A DNA stretch of 63,773 nt, filler included, from Lenisia limosa (Eukaryota > Protista > Breviatea): NCBI GenBank assembly GCA_001655205.1. It is 4 parts of 4 records of this genome, joined end to end, with 100 filler letters (N's around TTAATTAATTAA, not from the genome) between each part and the next. Parts side by side here need not be neighbours in the genome. Positions count along the whole stretch, not along the records: positions 25,227 to 34,071 come from LPNZ01001853.1; positions 34,172 to 43,699 come from LPNZ01011543.1; 2 more parts are not named here. One strand, 5' to 3'. Positions 25,227-36,379 of the stretch are shown here, piece by piece (the first letter of the stretch is position 1; each line of letters opens with the position of its first letter). Made by a program: the position numbers and the translations under genes. The notes under the pieces were generated by a model. That model did not search any database and had not been told where the DNA came from. It saw only the letters and a program-made list of their open reading frames with translations.

Positions 25227-26047
25227 CATCTACGAAGACAACGATCAAACGATCACACCCATATCAACAACCTCTGGTGATGTCTCAACGGACCAAAGCC
25301 ACCGCCACCCTCCAAGTGCTCACCGCAGCCCGGTCAGCTCCGTTTTGGATGCGGATGACAACGAAGTTTCAGGGCTGATGAGGAAGCAGCGACTTAATAT
25401 TGCCATTGTATGGGGAGTTGGGGTGGATATTGTATTAGATACCTGGGGCTTCACTTCGGTTCGAAAAAAGACTGAAATTCTCGATATATCCTCGAAAACT
25501 ATCGATGCTTTACCGGTAGTTTTGAACCGAAGTGAATCAACACAGATATCCGGATATGTAGTCGGGATACGTGCTGCAGAAGTGACTGTCCTGGGCTTTT
25601 TTTGTTGTTGTTGTTGTCTTTCGCCGTCGTATGTTTCTCTCATAGACTTTATTTTGGGCTTCTTTTTTTGGTTCACCAATTGTCCGTTTTAACCCCCCCC
25701 CCCCCCAAGAGNNNNNNNNNNNNNNNNNNNNNNNNNNNNNNNNNNNNNNNNNNNNNNNNNNNNNNNNNNNNNNNNNNNNNNNNNCCCGGGGCGGGGGGTT
25801 CGGAATTAACTGGAAGGAGGCTCGGCCTCTGGGCTCGGTTAAGATTATGGGACCGCTCCCACTGCTGAGATGAAGCAATCTTGGAAGCGTGTGTATAAGA
25901 AAGGGTAATAAAAGAAAAGAAGAAAAAAGAGATAGAAATCTACTCCTCTTAGGAAAAGATTCGTTTGTTTGGTGCTGTTTTGATGTTTGTTTTTGTAGTG
26001 TTACAGGTTTTTTTTAGGTATTTATGAATGTTCCGATTTTATTTTGT

Positions 26048-26161
26048 TCACATGTGACAATCATGGGGTAACAGGAATCCCCGTGTTGTATAAACTACGG
26101 CGCATTGACTTGGGTCTGATTTGCCTTGCTCATTGGCCAGTCCAAAGGGTGTAGTTCCATT
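26048..26161 (-). other. Duplicated or alternative terminal exon of the ankyrin gene
   Basis: Acceptor ..CTGTAG|AATGGAACTACACCC gives NGTTPFGLANEQGKSDPSQCAVV..M*. It copies the first 15 codons of the 26413-26499 exon (one substitution) and then diverges. Confidence 0.7.
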
Positions 26162-26412
26162 CTACAGGGTGAATGAGGGACCTTTCCCGTTTTAGAATTG
26201 AGAAAGGCTCTTTGAGGGATTCCCACGTGCAGTTGGGATTCCCTGTAATAATGGGCCAACTTGCAAGGGCTCTGTGAAGGGCTTCAATTCGGTTCAAAAA
26301 TAAAAAGAGAATTTCTCGAAATCCTCGACTCTTAATATTTTAGCGGTCTTTATCGTCAAAGTGAAGCCCAAGGTCTGTTATAAATGTGCACTTCAACAAA
26401 CACCACTTCAGC

Positions 26413-29400
26413 CTAATATTGGCAGCCAGCAGTCCGAAGATACGCGGCAGTTTCTGACTTTCCTTGTTTATTGGCCAGTCCAAAGGGTGTTGTTCCATTC
26501 TACAGTGAATGAGGGAGGGACCCTTTTTTGAATCGAGAAAAGCTTTTCGAATAAGAAACAAAAAACAGTTCCCATTATTTCAGGTGAAGTCCTACCATAG
26601 TTCTGGTGTTCTGGTCAGCTCCAGCCTCAATCGAAAGCCGGCAGCAGTCCGTATGTCCATTGTAGGCAGCCTTGTGAAGGGGCGTCAGGTTGGCCTGAAG
26701 GGGTAAATGCCGTTCACTTGGTAGTTCAACAGATGAAAAATTCTTGAAAAAGTTGGGAATCTGAAGAAATCATGAAATTCCCAAATCAAACAGATGCGCC
26801 GAAGTGAAGAGCCCGCATAACCCACCCTGTTTCGAGCATTTACGTCAGCGCCATTTTGAAGTAAAGCTTGGATACATTCCGAATGTCCATTCCAAGCAGC
26901 CTGGAGAAGGGCAGTGTCGCCGTCCTGGTGAAATGAGTGACATTCAGAGGAACATGAAAGGGTTTTGTTTAGTATTTAATTGTGATTTGTATAATTAAAT
27001 ACAAGCAGACTGTCACAGCCGCCTGTACTACAAAACAAACCCACATTCTTCACATTTACATCCATTCCACGTTCGATTAGATACTCTACAGTTTTACGGG
27101 AGCCACTCTGAGCAGCAAGATGGAGGAGTGGCTCGCTATTCTGGAGTGTGAAAAAATGGTAATAAAGTTGCAGTTAATAAGGGATTAAGGTTCCCCTTTT
27201 CCGTCTTACAACATAGAAGGGGGGGGAGCACAATGAATTCATGTGCAAAGTATAATTACAGGTGGGGGCTGGTGTATTTATGATATAAAAAGGGAACGAA
27301 TCAAGCACACAACAAACCCCAACATGGTTCTTTACATCCGGGTTCATTCTATGTTCGACCAGATACTGCACAATCTCACGGAATCCTCTCTGAGCAGCAA
27401 GATGGAGGAGTGAATCTCCATTCTGGAGTGTGAATGGATGATAATAGAGTTACGGTAAATATGGGAATACGAGTCTGTTTTTGTTTCGTCTAAATCCAAC
27501 ATGGGGGGATTCTTTCAATGTGCAAAGATATTTACGTGGGAGTGTGGGACTGCATTATAAATGTTGTTATTCCACAGATTCTCAATTGGGAACGAATCGA
27601 GCACACAACAAACCCCAACATGGTTCTTAACATCCGGGTTCATTCCATGTTCGACCAGATACTGCACAATCTCACGGAATCCTCTCTGAGCAGCAAGATG
27701 GAGGAGTGAGTCGCCATTCTGGAGTGTGAATGGATGATAATAGCGTTATCATATCGAAAAAGTAAAAAAAAAAACGGTAATTTCTCATCATACGGCCCTT
27801 AAAAACTTCGAATAACTTCAAAAACAGAAAGCCAGACCCCCAAGACCCTTAAAATGGTCCAATCGGATTTTAAAATAGCGTTAGTAGGATCGAGATATAA
27901 ATCCTGACTTNNNNNNNNNNCCAAAAATCTCAAATGTTCCACAGTTGCTAATTTCAGTCAAAATGTCAGGCTTATTATCTTTTGCCTACTTGCGCAATTT
28001 CAAAATCCGATTCGACCATTTTGAGGGTTTTGGGGGTCTAGCTTTCTGTTTTTGAAGTCATTCGAAGTTTTTAAGGGCCGTATGATAAGAAACGACCGTT
28101 TTTTCGACTTTTTCAAAGAATTAGTCCTGATTTTTGAAGAAAAGTAGCCCGGGCGCCCGGCCCGGAGTGCCAGATTTCTTGGAATTTGTGTGAAATTTTA
28201 CATTTGATTATTATTTCATATTTCCAACAGTTTTTAATGATATTCACGTTGTATGAGGGCAACTGTTCAAAAAGTTATAAAAAATCGAGTAAAATCGGGT
28301 TTAGTGTCGGAAGCATATGTATCTAGTATATAATATAGCATATAATTATATATTATGGTTGCTTAAAGCAAACAATAATGAAAGAACTACCTTCAAAGAA
28401 AACAATAGGTTTTACAAAAATAAATACACAATAATTCCTTCGCTACCTTATCCTTGTTATTGAAATCGGCACCATGATCAATGCACAACTTGGCAAGCTC
28501 TTCATTCCCTTTTTGGCAAGCAAGGAGAAGGGGGGTTTTACCATACTAAACTATTAAAGGAAGTTACAACGGCAATATTGTGTCAATACAAACAGTAATG
28601 CTTATTCTATGTATTGTATCTGACCAAAGCCGCCCACGCAGTTACGATTAGAAGAGATAATGAATTAATATAGTATTAATTCATCCCATCATTTATACAT
28701 TCTGTATCAATTATAGTATTATATCATATGTATATCAAATTTATCATAAATATATATAATATCATATGATATGCATTATTATATCATTATATATAAATAG
28801 TATACTATTTGTATATTATGATATTAAATCTCAAAAATATCATACGAGGTCATGGGTATTGACATCGGAACCATGGTCGATGCACAACTTGGCAAGTTCT
28901 TGGTTCCCCTTTTCGCAAGCAAGGAGAAGGGGGGTGTGGCCATTCTAAGCTGTTAGGAAGGGCAAAAAGGGTTCTGTCAAAGGAAACAGTCATTTTACAT
29001 AATAAAAAACAAAAATAGCCCCTACTTGTTCCGGTTTATTGGCATCGGCACCATTTTTAACGCACAACTTGGCAAGCTCTTGGTTCTGATTATGGCAAGC
29101 AAGGATAAGGGGGGTGTAACCATTCTAAACTGTTAAAAGAAGCCCAAAAAGGGGAACATCATGAATTAGGGTTCACTTTGTTTCGAAAAGGATCGTTAAA
29201 ATATCGATAGATTTGGGGATTTATCTAGAAATTCAGTCTTTTTTCGAACTGAGCCTAAGTGAAACCGAAACAATAATACAAATAAATCCCCCACCTTTTG
29301 CTGTTTATTGACATCAGCACCATGGTCAATGCACAATTTGGCAAGTTCTTGGTTCTGTTTTTGGCAAGCAATGACAAGAGGAGTGCATCCATTCTAAACT

Positions 29401-29732
29401 GTTAAAAGAAACAATTGGTTAATATCGCATCTTGATAAATCATAATAATGCATGCTCATACAAAATAATATAAAAGCTGATAATAGCGATGACATTACTA
29501 GTCCACATAAAAAAGAGTACTTAGCACTACAAAAAAACAAAGAATAATTTTCACAAATATAAGCCTGTAACACAAATATATGAGGTATTATACCTTCAGT
29601 ATTTGAAATAACAACTATTTCGCAACCAACCGAATCAACCTGATCGGGATCCATTTTGAGGAAGGATAAGAGACTAGAAGTAAGACGATAGTGGTTGTTT
29701 CTGACAGCTTGATGCAGCAGAAGTTGGGTTGG
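26413..29732 (-). CDS. Ankyrin-repeat region: one repeat per phase-0 exon, ending at a TAG stop
   Basis: Exons: 29295-29393 NGCTPLVIACQKQNQELAKLCIDHGADVNKQQK; 29026-29124; 28846-28944; 28447-28545; 27620-27718 NGDSLLHLAAQRGFREIVQYLVEHGMNPDVKNH; 27324-27422; 27045-27140; 26826-26924 DGDTALLQAAWNGHSECIQALLQNGADVNARNR; 26596-26694. Terminal exon 26413-26499 and lead exon 29631-29732. All boundaries are AG/GT. Confidence 0.92.
27756..28114. mobile_element. Foldback/MITE in an ankyrin-gene intron
   Basis: ~130-bp inverted arms: CATACGGCCCTTAAAAACTTCGAA..ATCGGATTTT versus AAAATCCGATT..TTCGAAGTTTTTAAGGGCCGTATG. Confidence 0.85.
29167..29269. mobile_element. ~100-bp hAT-like MITE, copy 1 (intronic)
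   Basis: TAGGGTTCAC..GGATTTATCTAGAAATTCAGTCTTTTTTCGAAC..GTGAAACC; similar to the copies at 51375, 58952 and 61924. Confidence 0.7.
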
Positions 29733-29869
29733 CTAAACAGAGACAAATATGAGGTGGTAATGAGCCCTTAGTATATTCAGCCAAAATGAGCAGGGGGAAA
29801 GAGACAAAAAGTTCAGAAGAGCAAACGAAACAGCAATGCCATGAACAATAAGCAAGAGAGTTGAGACCT

Positions 29870-32800
29870 AGCCTACCTTGAAATTACTCGAAGACGTCTG
29901 GATGACTTCTTCTGCATAAGCCTCATCGCTGGTTACATCGTAGAGTTTCCACTTGAAAAGTAACAAATACTTTCAAGTGTAAACGTTAATATTGTATCGG
30001 TATTATGATTCATTTTGTCTCAAAGATTATGATAAAGAAATCTCTTGGCTATTTGTATAAGTAGACTATGTCATATAAACAGATTATATCACCCCATAGC
30101 ATATAGGATTTACTGTGACCGGGATGTCTTGAACGACAATGTGCTTTCCAAAGGAAAATCGGTCAAGACTTATCTGGTCATTTTATGCAGATATCAAAAC
30201 GATATCAAAACGATGACGGGCATCTGGCGATTTATATATCATCATCCTGAATTGATCTCCATAGAAGTAGCAGAAAAATAGCATACAAATAGCATACAAA
30301 TAGTATGAAAACTCAAATCCACGAGTGATATGATTACGACAGATTTGGGAGTCAAAATGCTGAACAGGAATACATGTTCACAACGAGTTCACTCGTTCCA
30401 AAAAGTGATATGATTTTGATTATAGCCCAGAAACTACAAGACCTACCATTGATTTGAATGTTACATGACTTGAGCCATACGCCTGGAAAAGGAAGGATTT
30501 TTCAAGCTTTGCAAATTGAGCAATATTGCACTCAACCAAGGGCCAGAAATGTTCAGCAATTGGAAGCGGCTAAAATATTAAATGGATGTCTGCTGGACAA
30601 ACTTTCAATTTCTCGTCATGCATTTGAAGGCCAGCGTTCATAAAGTCGGAAACAAAACGGTAATTACCAAACTTGAGTGCTTCAAAGGCGATGTTTGCAA
30701 TCGTCTCATTTTGCTGAAGAATAATCCAAGAAAATAACTCAATAAACAAATAACTTAGTCACACGATTATTCAAAAACGGCAACTCACCTGGAAATCAGA
30801 GATTTGTTCAGCGACCTTGAGAACCATGGAGCTGTCCGATAAGGGGTTTTGCATCGCGAAATATCGAATCATTTCCATTAACTAGACCAATCAGCAGTAA
30901 GTTTTTTTCATCTAATATTAAAATAAATCCAACTAAGCTGAGCAAAAGACCCTTATTACAACAAGGGCTTTTTCACTTCCGTAACAAACCAATACTGAAT
31001 TCTCGATTAATCCTCGAAATATATCTTTCTATTAACGTTCTTTTTGGGACCGGGATGAAACCTATTGCACCCCCAACAATTATCAAAACTAAGATCAAGT
31101 TACCTCTTGCTCATTTTTGGCGAACTCCGGGTGGCTTAATATGATGAAATTGTGAACACGGGGGTTTGTGGCAAATTTGACCTGAAAGTGTAAGGCGAAC
31201 AATATCAGTAAAAAACTCACAAATTCTGAATCAATCGAAACTGTCTTGAGGATCTTCACCAGCACTTCATCATTAGAACCACATAAAACCTAGAATGTGA
31301 AATTGATCGGATGTTAAAAAAGCTTTATCTGTGGATTGAACCAAATTGAGCGACTTACACGAGAGAGCCGTGCTTGATCAGAGGTACACTGTATTAAACA
31401 GGACATACTACCTTGTGCGGCTTTGGTTTCAACTTCTTTGGAAGAGTTACCAGGTTCCAGGAACTGTAGGAATACCGTTTCACCTTGAAGTGATTCTACA
31501 GGAACCTGAAGTATTGAAGTTGGATATTACGTTTTCAACTATCTAATACACACTGACAGGCTCAATCATTACCTCAAAATTAGTTTCAGCACCATGGGAC
31601 TTGATGACAAACTGGACTCTGTCAGCAGGAGGAAGGGCTAAGTACATGAACCGGATATACTGTTGGTTGACAACACACAAGGGTTGAGAACAACGAAACA
31701 AAGCCCAGGCCAGTCGCATCACCACTCCAGCGTACGGAGGGCAAATGGGGTTTTTGACGATAAAAAAGTACTAAAAATCCAAAGCACATTAATATTCAAC
31801 AAAATACGAAATTACGCAACCAACGATACCATTGATTAACCTCAAACCTTCAGGGTTCTGGGTGATGACTGCATGACATGCCTTGAAGAGGGGTTCATGA
31901 GGGTCAATCTTGCAAGTGTCAGACATACAAGTAGATTTTTTAACCAGTTATATTCCCGAATTTTTTTTGATTTGATTCAAGATGGGGCGTTTTGGTTCAT
32001 TTTTACACGGGTGAACTATCATTTTCCAAGCAGTGGTATGATACCTCATATCCACTCGTATCATTGACTGACAGGTCTCAATGATACTCTGATACACTCG
32101 GTATGGACCTTTGACCATATGACCAACTTTCAAGTCGAAATGAAAAGCGCCCGAATGCATCATAGTATTGAGACTTGTCGGTCAATTATCATACTAGTGG
32201 ATAGAAGTATTATATCACTGCGTGGATGATAGTTCACACTTGTGAAATGACCCAAAAATGATATGATCTTATCACTAGCCGACATGGATTAGCATTTTCA
32301 GTTGATGTATGATTCTTGACAGAATAACATTAATAGTCAAATACGAACAGACACCCACATGAGCCTGGTATGATCCCTTGGCCATTGTCTTGAAGTTGAC
32401 CACAGTAAGGTTTTTGGGTTCCTGTAGTGCACAAGTAAAGGGAGAGAACACAGGAAAGAAGAAATACCATATGAAACAGAATCACCACTTCGTCACACAC
32501 CATGTAACACTGAAATCCACACCACTCACCTCAGGATTCTGACCAGAGGATGGAAACGTGGGAGGTGCGTTTTGTCCTAATTTGTGTTTGTCGACTAAGC
32601 CAAACTGCGGGCGAAGTTTTTGGAGGTTGTTCGGGATGTCTGGAATGATAACAAGAACAGCTGTCAAAAAGATAACTTTGGGAAGAAATTTTAGACAAAG
32701 AAACAATAAAAGAGTTTTGCCCTCAGTACATTTGATGTTGGTACTGTCAAAGCAGCGGAATACAGGGAAAGACTCCCCATTGAAAGCCTTCAAGAGGGAT

Positions 32801-34032
32801 GTGGAGGTCAATGCGTTACCACCATAAGTGAGGATCTAAACTGTTAGAAGAAAAGAGGAGTCAAAAGTTCACCAACACCACAACCAACCAAATTATCAAG
32901 TTCGATTCCCGATATTTCCTTCATTTGGTTGACGAACTGCTGGAATTCAGGAACTGTCACTGGCTCTGGTACGGAATTAGTGGAATATTTCGCACATTTA
33001 ATCTGAGAAAAATAGGCCATAACAGCGAACAAAAATCAACCCATTGATTTGACAACAGCAAAACCGTATTAGGGTTCCGTGCAATTAACTGACAAATTAA
33101 TTTCGAAATATGAAAACTCCATTTCAGACTCTCTAATTTCATTTTTTGTCAATTAACAACATTTGCACATAATATGGTGAAAGGGAATTTCTGCTCCAAG
33201 ATAAAGTGCGCAGTTCAAATTCTTCTTTGGTGCTCATAGAATATACATAAAATAGATAAAAAATATATAACATTGGAATAGTATATGATATATATACATA
33301 CATTCCTAAGCAAATTTCGACTTCTATGGCCAAAATCAACACCTTTTCTGGGTTCTATGTGAGCGTGTAGTTTGGCACCGTAACTCAACTTTATAGTAGA
33401 AATGTACATATGATATAATCTCCCCCAACAAATGCCAATCCATTGCCACCCCCCCCCTTCATACTGCAGTGTTCGTTGAGCGCCTGGGTTTGGCACTGAA
33501 CTTCACTATAGACGGGCGGAGCGTTGGGGATGTCCAGCATGAACGGGTGCGAAGACACCATTGCTATTCACTATTGCCAAAAAAAGAACAAATGTGAATC
33601 TGGTGTACTTGGGGTGTACGGGTTTCTTCTATTGTTCTGCTGTTGCTGTGCGTTGTGGGACTGACTGCAGACTGGGAGGGTGGGTGTTACAATAACTTGA
33701 TAATAACAGTCTTTGCATTCCTTTTTGAATGAGATATGTAAATAAATGCAACAAATGTAATAAAGGTTGCTATTTCACCGGAAACCGAGGAAAAGTCCTG
33801 AAATTGACCTCTTTTGACAACAGTAACAGTACCAGAGTACCAGACAATAAATACATCAACAAACACATCCGAAAGCTTGGAAGAACCCCTGAGAAGCAGC
33901 TGGCCCATCGATCCCGGTCTTGATCCCCATCCTCGCTGCTTATAATGGTTGACATTTGTGCCACCTACGAAGACGAGTTCAGACGTCTTGCTAGTACCAT
34001 TGTCCGGGTTACCGGAGATATTCCTAATGTTT
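29870..34032 (-). CDS. Upstream exons of unknown domain, probably the N-terminal part of the ankyrin gene
   Basis: A series of AG/GT-bounded open segments, e.g. LMEMIRYFAMQNPLSDSSMVLKVAEQISDFQ, VPVESLQGETVFLQFLEPGNSSKEVETKAAQ, IKCAKYSTNSVPEPVTVPEFQQFVNQMKEISGIELDNL and 33700-34032 NIRNISGNPDNG..FQDFSSVS. Not all junction phases were resolved; the start lies beyond the contig edge. Confidence 0.45.
32031..32220. mobile_element. 190-bp inverted-repeat element with CAGTG..CACTG ends
   Basis: CAGTGGTATGATACC..ATCCACTCGTATC.ATTGACTGACAGGTCTCAAT is matched in reverse by ATTGAGACTTGTCGGTCAAT..TAGTGGATAG..TATATCACTG. No TSD seen. Confidence 0.65.
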
Positions 34033-34071
34033 CTGGAGGTGGGTGTTCCAAAGGAAAAGGGGTGCGATCTT

Positions 34072-34170
34072 NNNNNNNNNNNNNNNNNNNNNNNNNNNNN
34101 NNNNNNNNNNNNNNNTTAATTAATTAANNNNNNNNNNNNNNNNNNNNNNNNNNNNNNNNNNNNNNNNNNN
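34072..34170. other. Artificial contig joint
   Basis: TTAATTAATTAA at 34116-34127 inside a ~100-nt N gap. Confidence 0.9.
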
Positions 34171-34649
34171 NAATGACACCATTTTGGAATTAATGACACC
34201 ATTTAGGACCGTGAGCATATAATCACAGTCCAAACTTTATCTTTGCACTTGAAGTAAATACAGATTGAAAAGCATTTGACGATTACCTCTACTAATATTT
34301 CAGGACTGCTGAATTCACAAGGAGATTTACGCGCATCAAGCAGGTGAGTAGGAAAAGGGGGACATTGGTTATCTATTGTGTGTAGAGAAAACAGTATTAA
34401 ACGACATGATTCATTGTCACCTTCTAGAACTACCATGACCATCGTCCCAAATGGCTCCATTCTGCTGACAACAGCCATGTTCCTCTACCTCCTTCTCTTT
34501 AGGCATAATATGGCTTGGAGGTAAGGGGTGAAACTTGTAACCATGGACCAAAGAAAAAGGCACATCATTTTGTTCGATATTCACTAGTTATGAACACTTG
34601 ACAGAGCTGAAGTGAAGAAAAGATTGACCATTGTAGTCTGCCTTCAGAC

Positions 34650-34745
34650 GGTAAGACAAGGGCAAACAGTTTGGCTACTCTGACACCCGAGCCATTTAGG
34701 ATTGCTACCACGTTTGAATTCGATATGACAGGCAGCACATACAGT
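34650..34745 (-). pseudogene. Truncated PHD-like finger
   Basis: TVCAACHIEFKRGSNPKWLGCQSSQTVCPCLTV*: C-x2-C..W-x-x-C pattern, cut before the His ligand. Confidence 0.3.
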
Positions 34746-36379
34746 GGTTGGAGAGGAGGGAATTCTGTGTGAATTTGGGTGGGTAATAATGACGACTGAC
34801 TTGAAATGGCCAAATAATTTCTGGCGAATTGATATAATGAGTTCAGGAAAATGAATGATTTGTTTTGAGAAATTTAAGTGTTCAATTTTGATTTTCGGAG
34901 AGGAAAAATCAGCTTCTCTGACTATTTAGTGAGAAGAGTTCCTCTACTATGTAAGTGGGATCCAGAAACAGTGATGTCAAAATGAAGCCATGAGAGCAAC
35001 CTGTTAATTACCCCAACACTCACCAAGGTCGTAATTATTATCACAGATTCTCATAATAGAATTTGGTGAGAGAATGAAGTATACTTGTAATTGATTGATT
35101 TTTACTAATATGAGATCTTTGGGCTGCAATATACTATTATATTTCAGTTTATTTATGCTATTAAACCCCTATCCTCGCAAATCTAACACTATCCGCAGCA
35201 CCCCTCGGAATGCTCTCTGAGAGCGACAGCGACCTCGCCTCATTTGAGTGAAATGAAAATGTGATAAATGTTTAATTAGTATGTGTTATAATGTAAAGTA
35301 GTTATTTAGAGAAGACAAAATGTTAATTCCATCCAAAAAAAAGAAAGCAAAAGGTGACAAGAAGACCTATTTGGAATGTGCACCATGCATTGATCTACAA
35401 AACACTCATTTCACTAACATCCATTTCCTCCATTGGGTCCGGCTCACTGCCCATTGCTGACAATCGCGACGACCGTATCACTGCATCCATCAGTTAATTT
35501 GATTATGTTGACATCACAAACCAGGTCATTACACGATGTATAACGACATAAAATATATCATATAGCTATTTGATATATATCATCTAGTATTTACTATAGA
35601 AAGCAATGAGAAAAAATAAATAAAGATGTACCTGGCCGAAGCCGTCCACACCATCACGCTATATAACCTCCTCATCCGCTTTTNNNNNNNNNNNNNNNNN
35701 NNNNNNNNNNNNNNNNNNNNNNNNNNNNNNNNNNNNNNNNNNNNNNNNNNNNNNNNNNNNNNNNNNNNNNNNNNNNNNNNNNNNNNNNNNNNNNNNNNNN
35801 NNNNNNNNNNNNNNNNNNNNNNNNGCTGGAAGACAACTACGGCATGAGTGGGCGGGGGGGGGAGTTTATGATGATTATATTTATGAAAACGGGTATGTTC
35901 TGACAAAATTGCAGAGTATAAAAACAAATAGACCATATTGCCCTTCATACCAGTCGGCTGGGTGTGGATATGGGTGGAGGGGGGATGATTGGAGCGGGAG
36001 CGGGAGCGTTGTAAGGATTATAGTGACTTGACTGGGTCTCAAATGCGGCTGGTGGGAACATCTGTTAAGTGAGAACAGGGCCAAGAAAGGCATTATAAAA
36101 CGTAGCCTTCTCAAAGGATGGGTATGGAACCTTGACACCCCCCCGCCCCACCTGAGGAACGTTGTGAGCGGAAGGCTCGCGGGGGAGGGCGGATTGGGTG
36201 AAGTGGTGGTGGGAGGAGTTTGGCTCGTCAAAAGGCGTTTCTCGAAGCTTTGGCTTACCTATGGCAAATTAGAACACATGAGTCGGTTCATTCATCCCCA
36301 TCATGATTATCATAATTATCGCCCTATCTCGTGTTACTGGAATCATCATAATCTCTATCACTTCCATTCGATATATTAA

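Noticed and set aside
25320-25692. Overlapping opposite-strand ORFs of 115-119 aa
   Set aside because: No family motif on either strand and the coding strand cannot be decided. Left unannotated.
27045-29393. Regularly spaced direct repeats resembling a CRISPR-like or satellite array
   Set aside because: The repeats are 99-nt ankyrin exons with AG/GT boundaries on the minus strand, and the spacers are introns.
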